Positions 37,446 to 46,540 of a DNA stretch of 64,000 nt are shown one piece after another. Where the stretch lies: the NCBI GenBank assembly GCA_037441845.1, contig JBBIRK010000004.1, positions 159,074-223,073 of the forward strand. Direction: 5' to 3'. Positions within the stretch are counted from its first letter, which is position 1; each line of letters opens with the position of its first letter. Source of the DNA: Candidatus Zixiibacteriota bacterium. GTDB lineage: Bacteria; Zixibacteria; MSB-5A5; UBA10806; 4484-95. The translations under genes were made by a program, and so were the position numbers. The notes below the pieces were generated by a model. That model made no database searches. It was not told the DNA's origin and saw nothing but the letters and a program-made list of their open reading frames with translations.

Positions 37446-39502
37446 TTTTCGGCTCATTCAATCTTGGTTTCATAAGCCTATCGGTTCAGGTTGTATTGGC
37501 GCGCCTTGCCGTCAGCTTCTCGGGCGGAAATGAAATTTATCTGAGTATATTTTTCTTTTTATGGCTGCTTTTCACCGGCATGGGCGCCTTTTTGATAAAA
37601 AAGATCCGGCCCCGCAATCTTTTTATTTTGCTGGCCGTTTTCGTGCCGGTATCGGCTGTGCAATTTTTTCTGACCGATAAAATTTACGGTCTGCCTGCAG
37701 GACAGCTTCCCCCGCCGCATTTATATTTATTCGGAGTGATCGTCTCGCTGTTTCCCGTTTGTTTCATAAGCGGTGGATTGTTTTCCTCGGTGGCATTTCA
37801 CGGCCGTGGAGAGGGGCGTTCCAGCAGAGCTTATTGGGGAGAGGCGATCGGCGCCCTGGTCGCCGGTCTTTTGACCACGATATATTATTTGGCCGGCGGC
37901 CGCGATATCACGCTGGTCATCTGCCTGGCGATTATTTGTTTGGCCGTTGCGATTCCGCCGAAATTCATTAAAGTGCCCATAATCATGATCGCTTTGTTTT
38001 GCCTTGTTTTCGGTTTCGATGCCGGTCTTGAAAATGCTTTATTGAAAATCCATTACCAACCTTTCAAGTTCAAGGATTCCGTATCGAGCCGCTTGATTCG
38101 CTACGACGCGACGACCAGTTCCGAATTGACCACTCTTTATGCCAGCGGGGTCAAACTGGCTGATTTTCCCGACGAAATAATCGGACAGGAGATTTTTTAT
38201 TGGCCTTACTTGATGAAACCGGAAATGAAGGATATCGCATTCGTCGGCGCCGAATTCCATATGGTCGATCGCTTAGTGCCGAAAAACATCAAACGGACTT
38301 ATATTTTTCCGGAAAACCGCTGGTACAGACTACTGAATGAAGGGCAGTATCCTCCTGAAATGAATGTCTGGTTGAAAGATCCGATATCGTTTTTTTCCAA
38401 TAACAAGAGAAAGCTCGATGCCATCAGTATCACTGCCGGTCGCCTGTTATCATTCTACGATTACCGTCTTGAAACTCACCGTTTCCTCAGCCTTTGCCGA
38501 AATAATCTCGCCGCAGGAGGCATCCTCTCGATTTCGATTCCGGCTTACGATGGAATGTGGCATCCCGAGCTCAGAAAGCGGATAGTGATGCTTCATCGGA
38601 ACTTGCGGTCGCTTTTCCCTGGCATTCGGATAATCCCGGGGGAAAGATTGACTTTCATATGTTCCGACGATCCCTTGTGGAAGCCGGAATTGGCGGCTTT
38701 GCTCGAAAGATGCGACAATCTTCAATTGCGATCGCCGTATTTCAACGGACCGATGATTTCATCGAGGCTGAACGATTTCAAACTCCACCAGACGCTAAAA
38801 CAATTGGAAGGTGACGAAAAGCAACCTCATTTGCTTTCCATTGGGCACGGTTTGGCTTATTATCTGTCGCAGTTCGGCGCTTGGTATGGATTGCGCGGTT
38901 TCGCAAGTCTATATACTATTGTGACATTATTGATCGTGGGTATAATCATCACTCTGATAAGCGGTAATTTCGCGGATAAGAGATTTCTTCCTTTGATAAA
39001 CATTTTTTATTTCGGGATTTGCGCTTTTCTTATCGAAATCATCGCGCTCTTCTATATCCAAATTCTTGGCGGATACATGTATCTGGCACTCGGAATGATT
39101 ATGGGGTTGTTCATGGCCGGAATGGTCCTGGGAGCCTTCTGGGGAACCTATATATCATTTAAGCAACCGTTGCTGAAAATCATTCTTGGAAGTTCAATGA
39201 TACCTTATGTCATTTTCACTGTGCTCGGTCTATTGAGTTTGTTACAACCGCAATGCGAATGGTTCTGGCTGTTGCTCGTGGGACTGGCGGGTATTGCGGG
39301 CGGGCTTGGCTATACGACCAATGCTAAATCGTTCGACAACCGACCGGGTTTGCCTTATGGCATTGATCTGGCCGGAGCGATGGTGGGCACAACCATATCG
39401 GTTGGACTGCTGGTGGCCACTATCTCTTACGAAGCGGTTTTTTTAGCAATCTCACTGATTGGACTGGCGCTTTTTGCAACAAATTGGAGGACCCGCGGGT
39501 AA
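37403..39502 (+). CDS. Multi-pass membrane protein with central spermidine-synthase-like (SAM-MTase fold) domain
   Basis: GGNEI...W, AYWGEAIGA, soluble core (KDP..F..KLDAI, FLSLCRNNLAAGGI), C-terminal TMs with YGIDLAGA. Confidence 0.72.
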   Translation: MSRLSDRNPRDLGLIFGSFNLGFISLSVQVVLARLAVSFSGGNEIYLSIFFFLWLLFTGMGAFLIKKIRPRNLFILLAVFVPVSAVQFFLTDKIYGLPAGQLPPPHLYLFGVIVSLFPVCFISGGLFSSVAFHGRGEGRSSRAYWGEAIGALVAGLLTTIYYLAGGRDITLVICLAIICLAVAIPPKFIKVPIIMIALFCLVFGFDAGLENALLKIHYQPFKFKDSVSSRLIRYDATTSSELTTLYASGVKLADFPDEIIGQEIFYWPYLMKPEMKDIAFVGAEFHMVDRLVPKNIKRTYIFPENRWYRLLNEGQYPPEMNVWLKDPISFFSNNKRKLDAISITAGRLLSFYDYRLETHRFLSLCRNNLAAGGILSISIPAYDGMWHPELRKRIVMLHRNLRSLFPGIRIIPGERLTFICSDDPLWKPELAALLERCDNLQLRSPYFNGPMISSRLNDFKLHQTLKQLEGDEKQPHLLSIGHGLAYYLSQFGAWYGLRGFASLYTIVTLLIVGIIITLISGNFADKRFLPLINIFYFGICAFLIEIIALFYIQILGGYMYLALGMIMGLFMAGMVLGAFWGTYISFKQPLLKIILGSSMIPYVIFTVLGLLSLLQPQCEWFWLLLVGLAGIAGGLGYTTNAKSFDNRPGLPYGIDLAGAMVGTTISVGLLVATISYEAVFLAISLIGLALFATNWRTRG

Positions 39503-39565
39503 TAAATCGTAGTTGATAATGGCGGTGCATTCATCGCCGATAAGATATTACAGGATGGAGGAAAA

Positions 39566-41266
39566 ATGCTGAAAAGAAAAGCCATATATATACTGCTTGC
39601 GATTGGGGCGATCGGGCTTTATTTGTTCGCCACCGCACAACGGCCAAGCGATTCCCTGTACGGTTACCTGAAATTATCCTCGAACGTCGCATTCAATATC
39701 AATGCTCGTTACGTGGACGAGGTGAACTCCAAGGATCTGATTTATGCCGGCATTCGGGGGATGATAGATATTCTCGATCCCTTCTCCGAATTTCTGGAAC
39801 GAAAAGAATATGATCGTCTACAGGAATCTACGACCGGCAAATACTCGGGGCTGGGTATGACCATAATGCAGAAAGACGGGGTGATCATGGTTGTCGCCCC
39901 GATGGAGGGAACCCCGGCTTATCGTATGGGACTGCGTGCCGGAGACAAAATCATTCGTATCGATAATAAGCCTACCAGAGGAATGACGACGGAGGATGCT
40001 TCCAGTCTGATGAGGGGACCGGCTGGCACCAAGGTGACGCTGAGCATCGAACGTGAAGGCGTCGATCAGCCTCTCGAATACACCATCGAGAGGGCGGTCA
40101 TCGAAATCAAGACGGTCCCTTTTTATTCCACTTTCAACAGCAACGGCACCAAACTTGGCTATGTCAGGTTAGCCAGGTTCGGTGAGGAGGCGCAAACCGA
40201 ACTTGAAACCGCTTTTTCCGAGATCGTCAATTCAAACGTTGAAGGAATCATTTTCGATTTGCGTTCTAATGGCGGCGGCCTGCTCGACCAGGCGGTGAAA
40301 GTAGCCGGCTACTTTTTGCCGAAAGGTTCTGAGGTGACCTCGACCAGGGGCAGAAGCGATGATCAGAATAGAGTCCTCTATTCGCTTGAAGAGCCCAGAA
40401 TCCCCATGAGCATTCCGGTGGTTATTCTTGTCAATGAGATGTCGGCGTCGGCTTCGGAGATCGTCGCCGGCGCGATTCAAGATTGGGACAGGGGGATAAT
40501 TGTCGGCAACACCACCTTCGGTAAAGGACTCGTCCAGCAAATCTATCCATTATCGGACGAGGCCGCTTTGAAACTGACCACCGCCAAATGGTATATTCCA
40601 TCGGGAAGATGTATCCAGAAGGATTCCCGATCATCGCGCCACCCTGAGAGATTGGCTGAGAATGACGGGGAAACGCCCGCCGATTCCACGGAATCGCCGG
40701 ACACTACGACCAAGGAGATATTTCACACGCGCGGCGGCAGGATTGTTTTCGGTGGGGGGGGAGTGGTGCCGGACCTGAAGGTGGAGGACGATAAACTGAA
40801 TGCGCTTGAATTGAATTTGGAGAGGTTGTCGATGTTCTTCGACTTCTCCGTCCGCTATTCCACCAGCCACGCTTCGTTGCCGGAGGATTTCGAGGTTACG
40901 CCGCAGATGATCGATGAATTCAAAGCTTTTCTTAAAGAGAAGAAATTCACCTATAAATCGGAACTCGAACTTGATCTCGAACGTCTCGAAAAAACCGCTG
41001 AAAAGTCCGGGAAAAGCAGTCTTTACGCCGATGAAATCGCGCTTTTGAGAAACGAGATAAAGGCCGATAAGGAACGTCAATTCGAAGAAAGCATCGATTA
41101 CATCAAGCGCTCGATAAAACGTGATATTCTTACCCGTCTCTATGGAGAAAAAGCGGTTTATCGCCAAATCGTGCTGAAAACGGACCCTTATCTGAACAAA
41201 GCGGTGGAAATTCTTAAATCGCCCAAGGAGTATTCCGCTATTCTCGGAAATACGGGCACCAGATAA
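39566..41266 (+). CDS. ctpA: C-terminal processing peptidase (S41A, PDZ)
   Basis: LDPFS, GLG PDZ, DLRSNGGG, SASASEI, TFGKGLVQ. Confidence 0.95.
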   Translation: MLKRKAIYILLAIGAIGLYLFATAQRPSDSLYGYLKLSSNVAFNINARYVDEVNSKDLIYAGIRGMIDILDPFSEFLERKEYDRLQESTTGKYSGLGMTIMQKDGVIMVVAPMEGTPAYRMGLRAGDKIIRIDNKPTRGMTTEDASSLMRGPAGTKVTLSIEREGVDQPLEYTIERAVIEIKTVPFYSTFNSNGTKLGYVRLARFGEEAQTELETAFSEIVNSNVEGIIFDLRSNGGGLLDQAVKVAGYFLPKGSEVTSTRGRSDDQNRVLYSLEEPRIPMSIPVVILVNEMSASASEIVAGAIQDWDRGIIVGNTTFGKGLVQQIYPLSDEAALKLTTAKWYIPSGRCIQKDSRSSRHPERLAENDGETPADSTESPDTTTKEIFHTRGGRIVFGGGGVVPDLKVEDDKLNALELNLERLSMFFDFSVRYSTSHASLPEDFEVTPQMIDEFKAFLKEKKFTYKSELELDLERLEKTAEKSGKSSLYADEIALLRNEIKADKERQFEESIDYIKRSIKRDILTRLYGEKAVYRQIVLKTDPYLNKAVEILKSPKEYSAILGNTGTR

Positions 41267-41473
41267 CGGCGTATTCAGCGCGCCGCGGGATTCCATATAG
41301 TTTTCCGTTTTCGGCAGTCTATGGCAAAACATTCGGCATAGCGGTCGGCTATGATATTTGCGTTTTCACTGTCATTTCACGATAGACCGATTATTCCTGC
41401 TGTAGAACAGTTTGATTTATAGCCTTTGCTGGTCGGCCATTGCTTTTCCACCGGGCTTGCAATCGGCGCCGAA

Positions 41474-41528
41474 TTGTGTTTATTTTCACAAGAATTCGCT
41501 TGACAAAAAATAAGGTGCTGATTAATAT
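41474..41528 (+). promoter_or_regulatory. Promoter of the moeA-like gene with an upstream Rex/CRP-like palindrome
   Basis: TTGTGTTTATTTTCACAA (41474-41491), then TTGACA-N17-TAATAT. Confidence 0.55.
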
Positions 41529-41649
41529 ATTTATACATCAGGGGCGAAACCGCTTTTTTTACCATTCCGGTCGCACATGGTTATGTTATTTCTTTTCATT
41601 CACCATGATGGTGTGATGACCATTCTCAAGTAGGCGAACAGCCGGAGGG

Positions 41650-42879
41650 GTGGAAATGATTTCCGTAGATAAGGCGTTACAAATCGTACTGGATTTAACC
41701 AAAGTGCTTGAGCCGGTGAACCTTCCCATTTTGGAGGCTCGCGGCCGGGTGCTTGCCGAGGATGTTATATCATCGGAAGACGTTCCCGCTTTCGATTATG
41801 CCATGGTGTCTGGCTACGCCCTCGAATCGAAATCCGCCGCCGGGGCTTCCAGCAAAAGTCCGATTGAGATTTATATCGATGGTGAGTTGTTCCCCGGGAA
41901 AAATTGGCCTAAGCCGATCGAACCCCGTCATGCCGTGAAAATCACTTCGGGTGCGCCTATCCCCGAGGGGGCCGACACCGTTTTGCCCGATGAACATATG
42001 GTAAGGCAAACCAATGGCAAGGGCGTTATTTATAAACAGCCCGTTGCGGGCGAGAACATCAGAAAAAAAGGCGAGGATATTTCCAAGGGAACATTGGTGC
42101 TGGCTAAAGGCAAGAAAATCAATGCCGCCGACATCAGCGTTCTATCCGCACTCGGAATGAACGAAGTCAAATGCTTTCGCGCCCCGCGTGTTTCGTTTTT
42201 GGTTACCGGAAGCGCTTTCAGCGAGAGCGACGGCCCGCTGCCATATGGCATGATGCGGTGTTCAAATCGGTTCGCGCTCTATTCGCAGCTGGCCGAATAT
42301 GGGGCTCAACCTATCGATCTCGGAATAGCCGGTCATAATCGCGAGGAGGTTCAAGAAAAAATTTTGCAGGGACTCGAGCACGATATGTTTATCAGCAGCA
42401 TCGGACCGGCGCTCGAGGACTTCTCGTTCGTTAAAAAAATACTCGAACGGGTCGGTATGGATATAAAATTCTGGAAAGTCGCGATCAAACCCGGAAAACC
42501 GATGATTTTCGGCACCTGCGGCAATATCCCCATATTCGGTTTGTCCGGGCATCCTTATTCTTCTTATATTGTGCTTGAGCAGTTCGTTCGTCCGGCATTG
42601 ATGAAGATGATGGGAATGAGTATTATTCGTCGCACCGAGGTTATGGCCACTTTGACCAGAGACATCAGGGGAGAGGATGGGGTGACCACTTTTATTCGCG
42701 GAATAGTAATCCTTACCGAAAACGGATTTCAGGTGACTCCGGCCCTTCGTTATAGCAGCTCGCTTAGAGCCTTCTCCACGGTAAACTGCCTGATTGTGAT
42801 TCCTCCGAATTCAGGTTACATGCAAGCGGGAGAGAAAATCCGGGTTCAGATCATCGCCGAACCGGAATCCCTAAATTGA
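41650..42879 (+). CDS. moeA: MoeA/gephyrin-family protein with degenerate catalytic motifs
   Basis: GRVLAED, GAPIPEGAD, NIRKKGED, VAIKPGKP, FVRPAL, FIRG; full length (409 aa). Confidence 0.85.
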   Translation: MEMISVDKALQIVLDLTKVLEPVNLPILEARGRVLAEDVISSEDVPAFDYAMVSGYALESKSAAGASSKSPIEIYIDGELFPGKNWPKPIEPRHAVKITSGAPIPEGADTVLPDEHMVRQTNGKGVIYKQPVAGENIRKKGEDISKGTLVLAKGKKINAADISVLSALGMNEVKCFRAPRVSFLVTGSAFSESDGPLPYGMMRCSNRFALYSQLAEYGAQPIDLGIAGHNREEVQEKILQGLEHDMFISSIGPALEDFSFVKKILERVGMDIKFWKVAIKPGKPMIFGTCGNIPIFGLSGHPYSSYIVLEQFVRPALMKMMGMSIIRRTEVMATLTRDIRGEDGVTTFIRGIVILTENGFQVTPALRYSSSLRAFSTVNCLIVIPPNSGYMQAGEKIRVQIIAEPESLN

Positions 42880-43010
42880 CGATTTAATTTCGGTCCTTTT
42901 CGAACCGGCGTTTGGGCGCATATTGCGGCTGTCAGGCGCAAGTTTGACGAAGATGTAATACTTGCGCCCAATCGAATTAGGTTGCAATTGACCGGTTTGT
43001 TGCGTTTAAT

Positions 43011-43457
43011 TTATATTCTTTTATATCGCTTAAAACTGATATTGAGATGGATTATGACATTTCCCACAAGGATTAGGAAATCCTCGATTATTCTTGCCAA
43101 TAAGTTCGATTTGGTGGTCGCCGCCGTCGTGAAACAGCCGCAGTTAAGGTTTATTCCCCGAAAATACGCCGTTTCGAGCGCTGCGATAAATACCAAGGTC
43201 ATCAGAAATATCAATAGATTCGCGGATTTGTAATTGAATCCGAGAATCAGGCATAGGCCTGCTGTAAGCTCCAGCCACGGCAAAAAAATAGCAAGACCGT
43301 TTATTGCGGCAGGCGGCAACAGTCGATAATTATGAATTATCCTCGCAAATGCCTCCGGATTGATAATTTTATCTATTGAAGCATAAACGAATATGCCGCC
43401 TATGGCCAAACTGAGAAGAGTAGTGAAGAAGGTTCTATTGTTTGTTTCCGCTCTCAA
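43011..43457 (-). CDS. MauE/DoxX-family membrane protein
   Basis: GGIFVYASIDKI..P, LPWLEL, RGINLNCGCF. Confidence 0.88.
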   Translation of the reverse strand: MRAETNNRTFFTTLLSLAIGGIFVYASIDKIINPEAFARIIHNYRLLPPAAINGLAIFLPWLELTAGLCLILGFNYKSANLLIFLMTLVFIAALETAYFRGINLNCGCFTTAATTKSNLLARIIEDFLILVGNVIIHLNISFKRYKRI

Positions 43458-43938
43458 TCGGCAATCCTTGCTCTGTCCATTTTACGTAACCCCCGAAAAA
43501 TATAAGAGGTCGGACATATCCATGCGACTGGAATTCTCTGGCAGCAAAAAGCGATAGTTCACAATCCAAACCGCCGCAATAGGTTACGATAAGCCTTTCC
43601 GCCCCAATCAGAGGTTCCACCGAATCCCAGTATTCATCCCAACGCTCGAAAGGCAGGTTTATAGCCCCCGGAATATGCCCCTCGCTATATTCCTCTGGTT
43701 CTCGCGTGTCTATGAATATGCCGCCTTTGTCTTTCCATAGCAGGAACGCCTCCTCAAGAGTGATCAATGAGTCGGTTTCGGGATCGAATGAGGGCGGTTT
43801 TTCCAGTGCTATGATCCGGCGGTTATCCGGCCATACTCCGATTAACGGGATCTTTTTCGGATGAACCAAAGCCGATCCCAATGCCAGAATCATAGATATT
43901 CCGACAATAAGCAGCGCGCTTCCGATTATTTTCCGCAT
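43435..43938 (-). CDS. Membrane-anchored rhodanese-like protein
   Basis: N-terminal TM, IDTR..EY..GHIPGAINLP, YCGGLDC, GG...W. Confidence 0.88.
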   Translation of the reverse strand: MRKIIGSALLIVGISMILALGSALVHPKKIPLIGVWPDNRRIIALEKPPSFDPETDSLITLEEAFLLWKDKGGIFIDTREPEEYSEGHIPGAINLPFERWDEYWDSVEPLIGAERLIVTYCGGLDCELSLFAAREFQSHGYVRPLIFFGGYVKWTEQGLPIESGNKQ

Positions 43939-44145
43939 TTTTCAAATATATATTTCAGCCTGAGGAAGTCAAGCTGCTACCTTAGCAATTAAATTCAAAA
44001 TAAGGCGATTTGTTCCAAATCTGTTATTTTGGGCTCGGTTAACCTTAAAATCAGTATCGATTTAATTAGGTGGTCATGGGGAAATTCTATTGACAAAACC
44101 TTTATTGGTGATAGATTACGATTGGTAAGCATGCCGGGATAAGCG

Positions 44146-44652
44146 ATGCTGAATGGGCATGTATTGATCTTAAATCAGAATTACGAGCCGTTGACCGTTT
44201 GCACAGTCAGGCGTGCGATAGTTATGGTTGTCCTCGATCGGGCCGAGATGATAGAATCCCTTGATGGACAACGTGTTCATGCGGTGAATATGAGTTTCCC
44301 GGTGCCTTCGGTAGTGCGCTTGGCCAATTTCGTGAAAATACCGGCCAAGCGGGTGCTACTTTCGCGCAAAAATATTATCAAAAGGGATGGAGGTCGTTGC
44401 CAGTACTGCGGCCGCAAGACACCTGATATGACCGTCGATCATGTCATACCGAAGCAGATGGGGGGGCAGGATACCTGGGAAAACCTGGTGGCGGCTTGTC
44501 CGGATTGCAATAACCTTAAAGGCCAAAGACTTCCGGAGCAGGCCAATATGGTTCTCCTGCGGAAACCAAAACGTCCGAGCCATATTACGTTTATCCAGCA
44601 GTTCATGGATCCCCAGGATAGTCGATGGCGAAGATATCTTTTTCTTGATTGA
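44146..44652 (+). CDS. HNH endonuclease
   Basis: VLILNQNYEPL, RDGGRCQYCG, TVDHVIP, WENLVAACPDCNNLKG; upstream TTGACA-N16-TAGATT at 44090-44117. Confidence 0.92.
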   Translation: MLNGHVLILNQNYEPLTVCTVRRAIVMVVLDRAEMIESLDGQRVHAVNMSFPVPSVVRLANFVKIPAKRVLLSRKNIIKRDGGRCQYCGRKTPDMTVDHVIPKQMGGQDTWENLVAACPDCNNLKGQRLPEQANMVLLRKPKRPSHITFIQQFMDPQDSRWRRYLFLD

Positions 44653-44793
44653 CGAAAGCAAACCAGATTGAAGTAACTGAGAAAAGAGGACGTCCGAATC
44701 GATACCATTGGAAAATAACTTATAGCCACTGCATAACTTGGTCGCATCGAATTTTTGCCGTCATGACGAAATGGCGGGCAACGTGGGAATTTT

Positions 44794-45771
44794 ATGAGCA
44801 TGAAAGGCGTAATTTTATCAGGAATGCAGCCGACCGGTCAACTTCACCTCGGCAATTACGAGGGGGCGTTGAAAAATTGGGTCGAGCTTCAACACCAATA
44901 TGAGACTTATCTTTGCATCGTAGATTGGCATTCCCTGACCTCCGATTACGCGGAAACCGACGGTATCAAAGAACGCGTATTTCAGATGGCATGCGATTAC
45001 CTGGCCGCGGGGCTGGATTCCGATAAATGCTCGATATTCATCCAATCGGAGGTCAAGGAACATGCGGAGCTGCATCTCTTGTTTTCCATGATTACGCCGC
45101 TTTCATGGCTCGAGCGGGTGCCATCTTACAAGGAAAAGGCGAACGAACTCGGTCTCGATAGCTACGGATTTTTGGGATACCCGTTATTGCAGGCGGCCGA
45201 TATTTTAGTTTATCGAGCCAATGCGGTACCCGTGGGCAAGGACCAACTTCCCCATATTGAGTTGACAAGGGAGGTCGCCCGGAGGTTTAATAATCTTTAC
45301 GGCGAAATTTTTCCGGAACCCGAAGGGCTTTTGACTCAATTCCCGGCGGTCACCGGTACCGATGGACGCAAGATGTCGAAATCCTATGGCAATGACATCC
45401 GTCTCGCCGATTCGGAGGAAGTAACTGCGGCCAAAATCAAAAAGATGTTCACCGATCCGCAGAAATTGCGAAAAGGCGATCCGGGAAGACCCGAAATCTG
45501 CCCGGTGTATTCATTGCATCGAATTTACAATGATTCGCATGATCAAATCGCCGCTCCCTGTCGTTCCGGGCAACTCGGGTGTGTCGAGTGCAAGACCATT
45601 CTCGCCGGCAAACTGAACGGCGCGCTATCCGAATTGCGGAAAAGACGGGAAAGTTTCGTTTCCAGGCCCGAGTTCGTGTGGAAATCACTCAAAGCCGGCG
45701 CCGATTCGGCCCGCAATAGGGCTGCTGAAACCATGTCCTTGGTAAGAAAGGCGATGAAAATTGACTGGTAA
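44794..45771 (+). CDS. trpS: Tryptophan--tRNA ligase
   Basis: SGMQPTG.LHLGNY, YPLLQAADIL, VPVGKDQ, KMSKS. Confidence 0.97.
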   Translation: MSMKGVILSGMQPTGQLHLGNYEGALKNWVELQHQYETYLCIVDWHSLTSDYAETDGIKERVFQMACDYLAAGLDSDKCSIFIQSEVKEHAELHLLFSMITPLSWLERVPSYKEKANELGLDSYGFLGYPLLQAADILVYRANAVPVGKDQLPHIELTREVARRFNNLYGEIFPEPEGLLTQFPAVTGTDGRKMSKSYGNDIRLADSEEVTAAKIKKMFTDPQKLRKGDPGRPEICPVYSLHRIYNDSHDQIAAPCRSGQLGCVECKTILAGKLNGALSELRKRRESFVSRPEFVWKSLKAGADSARNRAAETMSLVRKAMKIDW

Positions 45772-46540
45772 TCATATCAGAATTGACGATGTCGGGCCGG
45801 GTTTCAACATCCAGCCGTTCGAGGGACCGCTTGATCTATTGCTATATCTGATCAAGCAGGACGAAATCGATATTTATGATATTCCAATAGCCCAGATTAC
45901 CAGGCAATACCTTGCTTATCTCGAGGCCATGCAGGAACTCGACCTTGAAGTGGCCGGTGAATTTATCCTGATGGCGGCCATGCTTATCCGGATCAAAGCC
46001 CAGATGCTTTTGCCGCAACCCGAAGATGAAATGAAAGATTTCGAGGACCCGCGAAGCGGCCTTGTGCGAGCGCTTCTCGAGTATCGCCAATTTCGCTCGG
46101 CGGCGCAAGAACTGGAGAAAAGAGGGGAATCCTGGCAAAAGCGCTATCCGAGAGGCAGGCAATACGACGGTATCACCGCCGATATAAATTACCGCCTCGA
46201 ACCGGTGGATATCAACGCTCTTGCGATCGCTCTGGGCGAACTGCTGCTTAATTCCAGAAAGGCCAAGGATCACCTTGTGGATATCGATGAGGTCAGTATC
46301 GATCAGCGGATCGAGCATATAATCGACAAGCTTGAATACCGCGGCGAAGTCGGGTTCGAAGAGTTATTCGACGATGATCCTCGACGAATCGTGATCGCGG
46401 TTACCTTCATGGCGATCCTCGAACTATGCCGGCTTGGTCAGCTATTTTTGAAGCAGGCGGCTCCGTTCGGAAAAATCTGGGTTGTCCGGGGAAAACTGGA
46501 TCGAGAAAAGGCGATGAAACTGTATGCGCATAGCGTGTAA
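45761..46540 (+). CDS. scpA: Segregation and condensation protein A
   Basis: FEGPLDLLLYLI, IDIYDIPI, GEFILMAA, TFMAILEL. Confidence 0.95.
   Translation: MTGNHIRIDDVGPGFNIQPFEGPLDLLLYLIKQDEIDIYDIPIAQITRQYLAYLEAMQELDLEVAGEFILMAAMLIRIKAQMLLPQPEDEMKDFEDPRSGLVRALLEYRQFRSAAQELEKRGESWQKRYPRGRQYDGITADINYRLEPVDINALAIALGELLLNSRKAKDHLVDIDEVSIDQRIEHIIDKLEYRGEVGFEELFDDDPRRIVIAVTFMAILELCRLGQLFLKQAAPFGKIWVVRGKLDREKAMKLYAHSV

Noticed and set aside
41377..41565. 62-aa - strand ORF in the longest intergenic gap
   Set aside because: Covers promoter elements; no RBS or motif
44146..44652. HNH gene as a mobile element or defence system
   Set aside because: Common stand-alone HNH type; no methylase, intron, repeats or integrase nearby
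44653..44793. T-box leader for trpS, or the 84-aa ORF 44649-44903
   Set aside because: No T-box consensus or terminator; the ORF overlaps trpS out of frame
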